From contig NC_086107.1 in assembly GCF_963921235.1 (NCBI RefSeq), positions 109,184,001-109,248,000 on the forward strand: a stretch of DNA of 64,000 nt, given 5' to 3'. Both the position numbers and the translations under genes were made by a program. Below, one piece after another: positions 11,928 to 23,529 of this stretch. Under the pieces are notes generated by a model. The model was not told the DNA's origin. It did not search any database and worked only from the letters and a program-made list of their open reading frames with translations. Each line of letters starts with the position of its first letter. Position 1 is the first letter of the stretch. This DNA is from Mobula hypostoma (taxonomy: Eukaryota).

Positions 11928-13314
11928 CAGTACTGTGCAAAAGTCTTAGGCAGGCATATATATAATTAGGGTGCCTCAGACTTCTGCACAGTACTGTCAT
12001 AATTTTATGTATCGCACTGTACTGCTGCCGCAAAAAAGACAAATTTCATGACATATTAGACCATAAGACAAAGGAGCAGAAGTCAGCCATTCGGCCCATC
12101 GAGTCTGCTCCACCATTTAATCATGAGCTGATCCATTCTCCCATTTAGTCCCACTCCCCTGCCTTCTCACCATAACCTTTGATGCCCTGGCTACTCAGAT
12201 ACCTATCAATCTCTGCCTTAAATACACCCAATGACTTGGCCTCCACTGCTGCCCATGGCAACAAATTCCATAGATTCACCACCCTCCGACTAAAAAAATT
12301 TCTTCGCATTTCTGTTCTGAATGGGCGCCCTTCAATCCTTAAGTCATACCCTCTCGTACTAGACTCCCCCATCATGGGAAACAACTTTGCCACATCCACT
12401 CTGTCCATGCCTTTCAACATTCGAAATGTTTCTATGAGGTCTCCCCTTATTCTTCTAAACTCCAAGGAATACAGTCCAAGAGCGGACAAACGTTCCTCAT
12501 ATGTTAACCCTCTCATTCCCGGAATCATTCTAGTGAATCTTCTCTGTACCCTTTCCAACGTCAGCACATCCTTTCTTAAATAAGGAGACCAAAACTGCCC
12601 ACAGTACTCCAAGTGAGGTCTCACCAGCGCCTTATAGAGCCCCAACATCACATCCCTGCTCCTATACTCTATTCCTCTAGAAATGAATGCCAACATTGCA
12701 TTCCCCTTCTTCACCAGCGACTCAACCTGGAGGTTAACTTTAAGTGTATCCTGTACGAGGACTCCCAAGTCCCGTTGCATCTCAGAACTTGGAATTCTTT
12801 CCCCATTTAAATAATAGTCTGCCCGTTTATTTCTTCTGCCAAAGTGCATAACCATACACTTTCCAACATTGTATTTCATTTGTGAGTGATGATAAACCTG
12901 ATTCTGATATGGGCCTCTATTGTGGACTGGGAGTGGGAAGGGGGCAGGGAGAGGGGAATCCTGGTTGGGAAAAGGGGAAGGGAGCAGGAAGCACCAGAGA
13001 GACATTCTGTAATGACCAATAAACCAATCGTATGGAACCAAATGACCTTGCCTGCTGTTTTAAGGCTGGGTGTGTCTGCACCCACACAACTCTTCCCCCC
13101 CCCCATCCTTGGCACTCCCTCTCTGCCACTTGACCCACACCCTTCCCACGGCACTCCACCCTCGCCGTTCACGACATCCTTTGCTCCCGCCAGATTTACA
13201 AACTCGCTCTCTGCTCCAATTAGACAAATACAGAACTGTGCAAAAACCTTAGGCACCCTAGCTGTATTATATATATGAATATATATATATACCTAAGAGT
13301 TTTGCACAGTACTG
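11928..13314. mobile_element. MITE-like composite bounded by CAGTACTGTGCAAAAGTCTTAGGCA mini-palindromes, containing the CR1 insertion
   Basis: Mini inverted repeats at 11928-11996 and 13231-13314; an uninterrupted sister copy lies at about 56730-57217. Confidence 0.65.
12057..12880 (-). mobile_element. CR1 LINE 3' fragment inserted into a MITE-like element
   Basis: ORF 12145..13041 MKYNVGKCMVMHFG...LVRPHLEYCGQFWSPYLRKD...GIKGYGEKAGEW. Confidence 0.92.
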
Positions 13315-13670
13315 TGTGTACTTTGTTATGCATTTGCTCTGAATTTCAAACTTTAACTTGTGCAGATTGCATGCAAATCAAACTGAGTGAAACGTTTAAT
13401 AATTTCAATATTAAATTATTTAAATTAATTTTAAAATAATTTTTATTATTAAAAATAGTGAGCCAATTTACCAATTTATTTATCAGCGTTTGATATTGAG
13501 TCCAAAAGGCCACAACGTAGCCACACAGTTGGTAAAGCTTTGTTCTTCAAGCTAGTGAGGAGGTCACAAACAGGTCAAAGTTGGATTGGGAGGGAGAATT
13601 AAAGTAGTGGGCAACCATTTCTCTGCGTTACCTCGGTGGACTGACCTCAGGGCCTCAGCAAAGTGATCAT

Positions 13671-13704
<34 letters not shown>

Positions 13705-15870
13705 GTAGTTCTGAGGTCCCTGGTTCCCCGACCCCTGCCATGGTACGTAGTGGAATAGAGGCCCCAGTTCACGTGCGAGATGAGGAACCCGCTCACAGGG
13801 AACAAGTTTACTCCCCGAGCAGGCAGTGTTTTTTCAGAACCTCCTACAAACATTGTTGTTGGTCAGAGAGCAGTTGGTCACATGACATGATCGCATTGAC
13901 AGGCTTGGAAGTGATAGCTCCTGTTCGTGATCGCCCCATGGACCCCTAACTGTTTGTCATTTTCCCCTCAAGAGCTTTGGTCATCAGCAAAACTTTTACA
14001 TCTGGAAGTTCACGGCTCTGAAGGGGAATTCTGGTGACTTCTTCCCATTAATGAAGTCACTTCCCCATATAATTGGCAACTTGGTTCTTTTAGCATAAGG
14101 GGCAGGTGCTGGTTGCGACGTTCTTCATTTGGAAGGGAGTGTGAGCATCCCCGTAGAAGGTTCTAGCTCCAAGGTGACTTTCAGTGAACCAAGAGGTCAA
14201 CAATCTTCGTGTCTGAGCTGCTCTAGTCAGGGCTAGCCCAGACCCCAATGCACAGCTCAGGCAAGCAAACTGGAGGGACTTAGTGGGAGAACAGACACCC
14301 CACAGAGATGGTGGAAAAGGCACTCCGTCATAAACACGAGTCTGCATAGAAACATAGAAAACATAGAAAATAGGTGCAGGAGTAGGCCATTCGGCCCTTC
14401 GAGCCTGCACCGCCATTCAGTATGATCATGGCTGATAATCCAACTCAGAACCCTGTACCTGCCTTCTCTCCATACCCCCTGATCCCTTTAGCCACAAGGG
14501 CCATATCTAACTCCCTCTTAAATATTGCCAATGAACTGGCCTCAACTGTTTCCTGTGGCAGAGAATTCCACAGATTCACCACAGGTGCTGGAAAGCCAGA
14601 TCAATGCACAAAAAAATGATGGAGGAACTCAGCAGGTCAGGCAGTATCCAAGAGGAATAGACAGTCGGCGTTTCGGGTCGAGACCCTTCCTCAGGGCTGG
14701 GAAGGGAGGGGGAAGATGCTGGAATGGCGGCAGGGTAGACGGCACCCAGTTTCCCTCCTAAAGCAAGTATACGCTGCGGAGGTGTCGGTCAGACCACATT
14801 TGGAGTGTCGTGAGAAATTTTGGGCCCTGTGTCTCAGGAAGGATGTGCTGGCCCTGAAGAGGGGCCAGAGGAAGTTTGCAGAATGGTTCAAGGAAAGAAA
14901 GGGTTAATATCTGAGGAGCATTAAATGTCCCTGGGCCTGTACTCAGTGGAATTTGTTTAATACGGCCCTTCAAGACGCACTGCCCAGTAACCCCCGATTT
15001 AACCCTGGCCTAATCACAGGGCAATTTACAATGACCAATTAACCTACTAACCGGTACATCTTTGGACTGCGGGAGGAAACCGGAGCACCCGGAGGAAACC
15101 CACGCGGTCACGGGGAGAACGTACAAACTCCTTACAGGCAGCAGTGGGAATTCGGAAAGATGAGGTGGGATCTCACAGAAACATGCCATGGTTTTGTGGT
15201 GAGGATGTTTCCAATAGTGGGAGGGTCTAGGACCAGAAGGCCCAGCCTCAAAATAAAGAGACACACCTTTAGAACTGAGATGAGGAATAATTTCTGCAGC
15301 AAGAAGGTAGTCAACCTGCAGAATTTGTCGCCACAGATGCCCTTGGATGCGTTCGAGGCAGAGAATGGTAGGTTCTTGACTGGTAATGGGGGGTTTAGGG
15401 TTACAGGGAGAAGTTGGGAGAAAATATCAGTCATAACTAAATGGCAGAACAGACTCGAGGGGCTGAATGGCCTCATTCTGCTTCCCTATCTTGTGATCTT
15501 GTGGTCTTTCCAAATCTAGGTTGGCATGCCCAGTGCCTGGGACTGTCGGCCTTTCCGCTCCCCACCTCTCCCCAGCACCTTCCTTCAGCCGCACTTGTTC
15601 ACTCACTGGCTCCCTCACTCACTTGCTCTCACCCTCGGACTCACTCACTCTTTTTTCACACTCAAACAATTACGTTCCGAAGAAAAATCTTTGTAGTTCA
15701 AACATTCAGGAACAAGTGGAACGTGCGTCGCCGCAGCCCAAACTGCCAAGTGCTCCCACCGGTCGTAGGTTCGATTCTGGCCTCGGGCACTGTTTGAGTT
15801 AGGTTCCCCAGTTCTCTCCCGTAACCGCTGTGGGCAGTATGGTGGGATAGCGGTTAGCGTCACACCATTA

Positions 15871-16131
15871 CTGGGCAGTGTGGTAGGGTAGCAGTTAACG
15901 TCACACCATTACAGTGCCATTGGCCTGGGTTCAATTCCCACCACTGCCTGTAAGGACCTTACACATTCTCCCATAACTGTGTAGGTTTCCTCCGGGTGCT
16001 CCAGTTTCCTCCCACATTCCAAATACGTACCAGTTAGTAGTTTAATCGGTCACGTGGGTGTGATTGGGCGGGGTGGGTTCATTAGGCTGGAAGGACCTGT
16101 TTACCATGCTGTATCTCCAAAATAAAATAAA
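15871..16131 (+). mobile_element. V-domain (HE1-like) SINE; representative of many copies
   Basis: tRNA-like head (GGTTCAATTCCC), V-domain GGTTTCCTCCGGGTGCTCCAGTTTCCTCCCACATTCCAAA. Other copies near 1400-1580, 3445-3715(-), 4905-5180, 8153-8411, 10505-10790(-), 14960-15140(-), 18272-18500, 32160-32320(-), 55275-55570 and 63645-63885(-). Confidence 0.8.
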
Positions 16132-16330
16132 GTCTTTTAGACTAATTGGTCACTGTGAATTACCTCTCATGGGGGTAAGTGGCAGTTAATGAGTGAGTGG
16201 AAGAGAAGCGGTCAAGGGGATGTAGCGGGAGAATGGGATTGATAGGTTTGGTTTGAGGGCCAGCATAATGCAATGGGCCAAGTGGCCTCAGTCATTAAGC
16301 AATATGAGAATAAAGATAACAATACAATCC

Positions 16331-18015
16331 GTCTAGCGGAATTAGTCCTTACTCTTAATAATTTCTCCTTTGGCTCCTCCCACTTCCTCCAAACTAAAGG
16401 TGTAGCTATGGGCACCCGTATGGGTCCTAGCTATGCCTGCCTTTTTGTTGGGTTTGTGGAACAATCTATGTTCCGTGCCTATTCTGGTATCTGTCCCCCA
16501 CTTTTCCTTCACTACATCGACGACTGCATTGGCGCTGCTTCCTGCACGCATGCAGAACTCGTTGACTTTATTAACTTTGCCTCCAACTTTCACCCTGCCC
16601 TCAAGTTTACCTGGTCCATTTCCGACACCTCCCTCCCCTTTCTAGATCTTTCTGTCTCTGTCTCTGGAGACAGCTTATCCACTGATGTCTACTATAAGCC
16701 TACTGACTCTCACAACTATCTGGATTATTCCTCTTTTCACCCTGTCTCTTGCAAAAACGCCATCCCCTTCTCGCAATTCCTCCACCTCCGCCGCATCTTC
16801 TCTCAGGATGAGGCTTTTCATTCCAGGACGAGGGAGATGTCTTCCTTTTTTAAAGAAAGGGGCTTCCCTTCCTCCACTATCAACTCTGCTCTTAAACGCA
16901 TCTCCCCCATTTCACATACATCTGCTCTCACTCCATCCTCCCGCCACCCCACTAGGAATAAGGTTCCCCTGGTCCTCACCTACCACCCCACCAGCCTCCG
17001 GGTCCAACATATTATTCTCCGTAACTTCCGCCACCTCCAACGGGATCCCACCACTAAGCACATCTTTCCCTCCCCCCCTCTCTCTGCATTCCACAGGGAT
17101 CGCTCCCTACACAACTCCCTTGTCCATTCGTCCCCCCCATCCCTCCCCACTGATCTCCCTCCTGGCACTTATCCGTGTAAGCGGAACAAGTGCTACACAT
17201 GCCCTTACACTTCCTCCCTTACCACCATTCAGGGCCCCAAACAGTCCTTCCAGGTGAGGCAACACTTCACCTGTGAGTTGACTGGGGTGATATACTGCGT
17301 CCGGTGCTCCCGATGTGGCCTTTTATATATTGGTGAGACCCGACGCAGACTGGGAGACCGCTTTGCTGAACATCTACGCTCTGTCCGCCAGAGAAAGCAG
17401 GATCTCCCAGTGGCCACACATTTTAATTCCACATCCCATTCCCATTCTGACATGTCTATCCATGACCTCCTCTACTGTAAAGATGAAGCCACACTCAGGT
17501 TGGAGGAACAACACCTTATATTCCGTCTGGGTAGCCTCCAACCTGATGGCATGAACATCGACTTCTCTAACTTCCGCTAAGGCCCCACCTCCCCTTCGTA
17601 CCCCATCTGTTACTTATTTTTATGCACACATTCTTTCTCTCACTCTCCTTTTTCTCCCTCTGTCCCTCTGAATATACCTCTTGCCCATCCTCTGGGCCCC
17701 CCCCCTTGTCTTTCTTCCCGGACCTCCTGTCCCATGATCCTCTCGTATCCCCTTTTGCCTATCACCTGTCCAGCTCTCGGCTCCATTCCTCCCCCTCCTG
17801 TCTTCTTCTATCATTTTGGATCTCCCCCTCCCCCTCCAACTTTCAAATCCCTTACTCACTCTTCCTTCTGTTAGTCCTGACGAAGGGTCTCGGCCTAAAA
17901 CGTCGACTGCACCTCTTCCTACAGATGCTGCCTGGCCTGCTGCGTTCATCAGCAACTTTGATGTGTGTTGCTTGAATTTCCTGCATCTGCAGAATTCCTG
18001 TTGTTTGCGTTTAAA
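16331..18015 (+). mobile_element. Penelope-like retroelement, 5'-truncated, with open RT-thumb-Zn-GIY-YIG ORF (to 17580) and 3' pseudo-LTR
   Basis: ORF 16273..17580 contains QTKGVAMGTRMGPSYA, YIDD, YYKPTDSH, CxxxxCxxC and the GIY-YIG motif VIYCVRCSRCGLLYIGET...RFAEH. 13-bp TSD AACAATACAATCC at 16318-16330 and 18016-18028. Confidence 0.92.
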
Positions 18016-18525
18016 AACAATACAATCCTCTGCCTTACTCACTAGCTCCATCTAGTGATACATAATCAAATTACATAACCTACAACCTTAAGCACTTCAT
18101 TCTCCATTCTCCATAGTTACGCAGAGTCCAGGTATAGGGTCTCGGCCCAAAACATCGACACTTTATTCCTCTCCATAGGTGCTGCTTAACCTGCTGAGTT
18201 CCTCCAACATTTTGTGCGTGATGCTCTCTATTTCATACCTTGCAACAATATTTCACTAAGCTTCATAGAACGCGGCAGGGTAGTGGTTAGCACGGCGCTT
18301 TACAGTACCAGTGACCCAGGTTCAATTCCCACCACTGCCTGCGAGCAGCTTGTACGTTCTCTCCATGACCGCGTGGGTTGCCACGGTCCAAAGATAAAAC
18401 CGGTTGGTGGCTTAATGGGTGATAGTAAATTGTCCTGTGATTAGGCTAGGGTTAAATCGGGGTATTGCTGATTAACGGGCCGGAAGAGCCTATTCCGTTA
18501 TTTAACTGTCTGTCTATTTATCTAT

Positions 18526-18735
18526 GCTGGCTGGTGGCGTAGTGGCATCAGCGCCGGACTTCGGAGCGAAGGCTCCCGAGTTCGAATCCAGCCGGCTCCC
18601 TTGCACGCTTTCCATCCGTGCTGGGTTGAGCATCGAGCTAGCAACTCGGCCTCATAAAAATAAGAAAGCCTGCAAAAAAAACGCCGTCACAACGGTGTCC
18701 TGATGACTCCACTCGGAGTTAAGGGCTTTCTTCTT
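18526..18735 (+). mobile_element. tRNA-Arg(TCG)-like headed SINE
   Basis: TGGCGTAGTGG A box, GACTTCGGA anticodon-like loop, GAGTTCGAATCC B box; second copy at 34332-34553 on the minus strand. Confidence 0.8.
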
Positions 18736-20127
18736 CTATTTATGTATCTATCTTGACTTCACCACTAACTACCACATCCGGGATTGACTTTATTCGCCAT
18801 ATACATTTAGGAATTTGCTGTGGTGTGACGTACAGCAATAAAACATTCAATAATATTCAACAACAATGAAGAAAGAGAATTAAATTTAAAAAATAATGTT
18901 AGACCTTAAAGCGGATATGGAATAAAATGTGTAAATACCAACATGTATTTACAATGTAAACAGCATTATAAAAAGTGGCACATACAAAATGCAGGAGGAA
19001 CTCAGCAAGTCATGCAGCATCTACGGAAATGGTTTAAAGTCTTTACTGTGTGGCGATGGGCGTCATAGACAGAGGGGGCCGGGAGACTAACAAGAATGGT
19101 TGATCAGATTAGCTGCCTGAGGGAAGGAAACTTTCACGATCAACACTTGAATCTGACCCACGTCTCCATCGTCCCGGCCCAATTCACGTGCCTTCGGGCC
19201 GTGAGAGTGAATGTGTCTGAGACCTGCCTTGCAGATGGCAGGAGGGGACTGACAGGAGCCGAGAAGTGACACCTTCGGGGAGCCCAGAGACAAGTGCTAA
19301 ACTAGCAGTGTCGGTTCAGTCTGCAACACAAGCCACACCAGTACCCATTAACGCTGAGGAGAAACGTGTGAATTGGTCAATGCTGTAAAAGTTGTCAAAC
19401 ATATCTCACTTGCTTAGAGGAGAAGGGCTGTAGCATTTGTGGCTGCTGTGTTGTTTATCAGTATGCATGGATAAAGCACCCATACCTTCTGGGCCGTGCT
19501 GCGTTAGACATATAAACACTACACACTCATTGCTGCCCCCAGTGCTTAGAATTCACTGATACCTGTATACCACCTAGATTTTATCTACCCTCTATGTGGG
19601 ACCCTGGAGCTCTCAGTAAAACCCAAAGTTTGAAATAAATGTAAAATAAGTGTCTCTTCTTCTAAAACATTTTCCCTCCCCATCCCCCCTTCTAATTTTT
19701 TTCCCTCCACCTCCCCTCCTCTTCCTTCCCCACTCTGGCCTTTTACCTGTTCTCCTCACCTGCCTATCATCTCCCCCTGGTATCCCTCCTCCTTCCCTTT
19801 CTCCCTAGGTCCACACTCCTATCCCATTTCTTCCTCTCCAGCCCTTTACCTTTCCCACCCACCTGGCTTCACCTATCACCTTCCAGCCCTCTTCCTTCCC
19901 TTCCACCCCACCTTTTCATTCTGGCATCTTCCCCACCGTTCCTTCTCAGTCTCGGCCCAAAACGTCGACTGTTTACTCCCTTCCATAGGTGCTGCCTGAC
20001 CTGCTGAGTTCCTCCAGCGTGTAGTGTGTGTCGCTGAACCGCATATGTGTCACCGTATGCTATCCGGAGATTTAATTTCTTGCAGGCATTCACAGTAGAT
20101 ACAAAGAAGCACACTAAAATCAGTGAA

Positions 20128-20440
20128 TGTGTGGGCACGTGGCCAAGTGGTTAAGGCATTGGACTAGCGACCTGAAGGTCGTGAGTTCAAGCCCCAGCCG
20201 AGGCAACGTGTTGTGTCCTTGAGCAAGGCACTTAATCACACATTGCTCTGCGACGACACCGGTGCCAAGCTGTATGGGTCCTAATGCCCTTCCCTTGGAC
20301 AACATCAGTGTCGTGGAGAGGGGAGACTTGCAGCATGGGCAACTGCCGGTCTTCCATACAACCTTGCCCAGGCCTGCGCCCTGGAGAGTGAAGACTTTCC
20401 AGGCGCAGATCCATGGTCTCGCAAGACTAACGGATGCCTT
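20128..20440 (+). mobile_element. tRNA-derived SINE with CORE-like middle and RTE-like tail
   Basis: A box TGGCCAAGTGG, B box GTTCAAGCC, CORE-like TGTGTCCTTGAGCAAGGCACTTAA; 13-bp TSD TAAAATCAGTGAA at 20115-20127 and 20441-20453. Confidence 0.85.
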
Positions 20441-21529
20441 TAAAATCAGTGAAAACAATGGTCACCAAGATGGGCAAGCCACCAATGGGCAAAAGAATAC
20501 AAGCTCTAAAATTACAAGCCAGTAAAATAACTTTGAGAACATGAGTTGGCAAGTCTTTGAAAGTGAGTCCATAGGTTGTGGAGTCAGTTCAGAGTTGCGG
20601 TGAGTGAAGTTACCCACGCTGGTTCAGGAGCCTGATGGTTGAGGGGTAGTAGCTGTTCCTGAAGCTGGTGGTGTGGGACCTAAGGCTCCCGTACCTCCTT
20701 CCTGATGGCAGCTGAGTGAAGAGAGCCTGGCCCAGATGGTGGTGGGCCCTTGTTGATGGATGCTGCCTTCTTGTGGCAGAACTCCTTACGGATGTGCTCG
20801 GTGCTAGTGTGGCTCCTGTGTTCTGTATCAGTGGGCGTGGGAAGTACCCATACCTTCTGGACCATGCAGTGTTGAACACATAAACCCTATGCTGTCCCCA
20901 AGACACAAACAGAACCTACACCTCATCTACCCCCTTCTGCAGGACCCCAGGAGCCCTCAGTAAGACCCATTTATCATCAGCTTTTACTCTCAGCCCACTC
21001 GTTATCTCCCACTCCTGCACTTCAGGAAGAAAAACTTACAAGTAAGACAGTCTGTATCATTCATGTCCCAAAGTGCTTCAGAACCAATGACATTTGGAAG
21101 TGTAATTTCTGTTGTAAAGTTGGAATCATGGCTGCCCACCCATGCAGAGCAAGATCCCACTGGCAGTAAGGACCAAATCGTTGTTTTACATTGATTGAGG
21201 GATACATCTCAGCTAAGCATGCGAGGGAGAACAGCCCGCCACTCTTCAAAATGGTGGTTGGGGGATTTTTTTTAACCTCCCAAGTCCTCGTCAATTATTG
21301 TGAAAGGCATGCATACACAGGGTACGAATGCCATGAAGGTAAGTTTATTGCAGAGGACAAGATGAGCATGGACAAGTAAGTCAATATTAAATTAACAAAT
21401 TATGCATCATTTACACAGGTGCAAAATAATCAACAATAAAACATAACGATATTAGCGCCCATGAAAATATAGGTGGGGTCTCATCTTATCATCTTGTCTG
21501 AAACGATGTGGCACTCCCCCGGGTCTTCA

Positions 21530-21985
21530 CTAACATTGTTTCTCCACTGGTATCACAGCACAGAATCACTCCCCTATTTTTTGTTTCTTCACCCGTTTCA
21601 CCGCTGGCATTTATGGCAGCAATCTCTGGCGGCGTTCACGGCTTCCTTCACCGTGTCGGTAGATCCTCTCGGTTTTCACTACTGTCAGTCTTGCAAATTC
21701 CTAGTGGAGACTCAGGAATACCGTCATGCTCCAGATGTAGAAGGATTCTTCATTGCTGTTTCCGTAACAGTTTTGTTGGACCAGTCAGGGTTGTTAGCCC
21801 TGAGCTGAACCCCCGAACCTGGAGGACCGGTGGACCACTCTTAGTCTGGCCTCTACCCTTTGACCTGTTTGGCATAGGTGACCCTACCAAGAGCCAAAGC
21901 ATAAAGCCCTGACTCCAGCCAGCATAGCTGTCCGGGTCACTGAGGCACACAGGCCTCCGAACCCTATAACGAGGTGGTGGTCCTG
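21530..21985 (-). mobile_element. RTE-clade (Rex3/Expander-like) 5' UTR-derived non-autonomous element
   Basis: Reverse complement has CACCACCTCGTT...GCTATGCTGG...GGTAGGGTCACC...GGTCCTCCAGGTTCGGGGG...GGGCTAACAACC, typical of RTE 5' ends. Confidence 0.6.
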
Positions 21986-22244
21986 TTAGGGGACCTCTCC
22001 CCTATTACCGAGCATCCAGCTCAAATTTTGCCCTCAGTTTCTGGAATGGGCCTTGAACTCACGACTTTCCCATTTGTCATGCGTATTTCATTGGGACGTC
22101 AACAAACCCTTCGCCCTCCTATTGTTGACTCCAGTGGCTGACCTCCTCGCAGTGGGTGTAAGCCCTGTGTAGGCCACACGACAGCTCCAGCAGCGGACAC
22201 GGGAAGTAAGCAGTGGCTCATCCAGTTTGTTCTCTTTCTCTCAG

Positions 22245-22316
22245 CAAACCGAAGGCTTCAAGAAGCGATGGTTCACACTCGATCATCGGCGCCTGATGTA
22301 CTACAAGGATCCCCTG
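22245..22316 (+). CDS. ADAP1: ADAP1-like coding exon: QTEGFKKRWFTLDHRRLMYYKDPL
   Basis: TCTCTTTCTCTCAG acceptor, GTATGT donor, 72 bp; PH-domain KKRWF motif, ADAP1-like QTEGFRKRWFT..RRLMY.KDPL. Confidence 0.93.
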
Positions 22317-22369
22317 GTATGTACGTCCTCAAGATAATCAGACAGGCTTTCGGGATGGAGGTTATTTTT

Positions 22370-22908
22370 CCCTCTCCTCCCTCACCTCTCTGCCCGTCTA
22401 TCCCTCCCCATCCCCCACTCTTTCTTCCCACTTCTTCCACCCCACCCCCCACCGGTCAACCCATCTCCCTCTCTCTCTCCCCCCGCCCAAGCCTCCCCCC
22501 TCCCCTTCTCCCTTTCTCTCCCTCCCCTTCTCCCTTTCTCTCCCTCCCCTCTCCATTCTCTCTCTCCCACTCTTTCCACCTCTCTCTCTCCTCCCCTTTC
22601 CTCCCCTCTTCCCTTCTCTCTCCCCCTTCCCTCTCCAATCTCTCCCTACTCCTCTCTTTCCCTCTCCCCTGCTCTCTCTGCCGTCTCTCCCTCTCTCTTT
22701 TCCTCCCTCTGTCCCCTCTTTCTCCTCTTGCTCTCTCCTTCTCTCTCTCCCTCCCACCCTCTCTCCCTTTTCTCTCTCCCCCCTCCCCTTCACCTCCTCT
22801 CACTCTCTCTCTTTCTCCCTCTCCCTTTCTCTTTCTTCCCCTATCTCTCTCCCTCTCTCTCCCTCACACACACGTTCCCTCTCTCTCTCTCCCTCCCCCC
22901 TCCCCCAG
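22370..22908. repeat. Polypyrimidine (CT-rich) low-complexity tract
   Basis: About 540 bp of almost only C/T, starting about 55 bp after the 22245-22316 exon. Confidence 0.9.
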
Positions 22909-23529
22909 GTGAGCTGGACCTCTGGGCCTATACCCGTGCTGAGTAAACCTGTGACTCTTTACCTATGTTCCATTTCTACTCCCCCACCTCCGTTCAGCTC
23001 CCACTCTCTCAATGCCACCCCCCCCCCTCTATTTCATGTGCACCCACTGACCTCTGGATAGGGAGATAGTTACATTGATAAGAAAGAATATGGTCCCAAC
23101 AGGGGGCAAATTTATTTACTTATTTAGAGATACAGTACGGTAACAGACCCTTCAGGCCCAATTACACCCATGTGACCAACCTGCACATCATTGGATTCTG
23201 GGAGGAAACTAGAGCACCCGGAGGAAACCCACCTGGTCATGAGGAGAAGGTACAAACTCCTCACAGCTGGCACTGTAACGCTGTTACACCAGTGCCTTCA
23301 CTACTGTGCCACCACGAAATGGGAACAGAGGTTGGCATGGACCATTTGGGGTAACAGACCTCCTTCCATGCTCTGTGACACTCTTGACTCCCTCTCTCTA
23401 CCACATCCACTGGTAATCCTTGCATTCTGAAATCTAAATTCAGAGGGAGGCTGCGATGCGAACACTAAGCTAAATGTATTGAATCACCCTTAAATTCACT
23501 TGGTCCATCTCTGGCACTTCCCTCCTCTT

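Noticed and set aside
16273..16330. ATG-initiated 435-aa gene (domesticated Penelope)
   Set aside because: The ATG and first 19 codons lie in flanking DNA outside the TSD; the element is 5'-truncated and lacks the N-terminal RT.
18698..18725. CTGATGA + hairpin (CTCC-ACTC-GGAG) in a SINE tail resembling a hammerhead
   Set aside because: It is followed by TTAAG rather than GAAA and has no stem I partner; more likely a LINE-recognition stem-loop.
20133..20205. tRNA gene
   Set aside because: The tRNA-like head runs into a SINE body with tail and TSD, with no proper acceptor stem or terminator. The same applies to 18526 and 34553.
22268..22946. Several long overlapping ORFs (also 41936-42391 and 57956-58380)
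   Set aside because: Artefacts of CT/GA/TG low-complexity sequence lacking stop codons.
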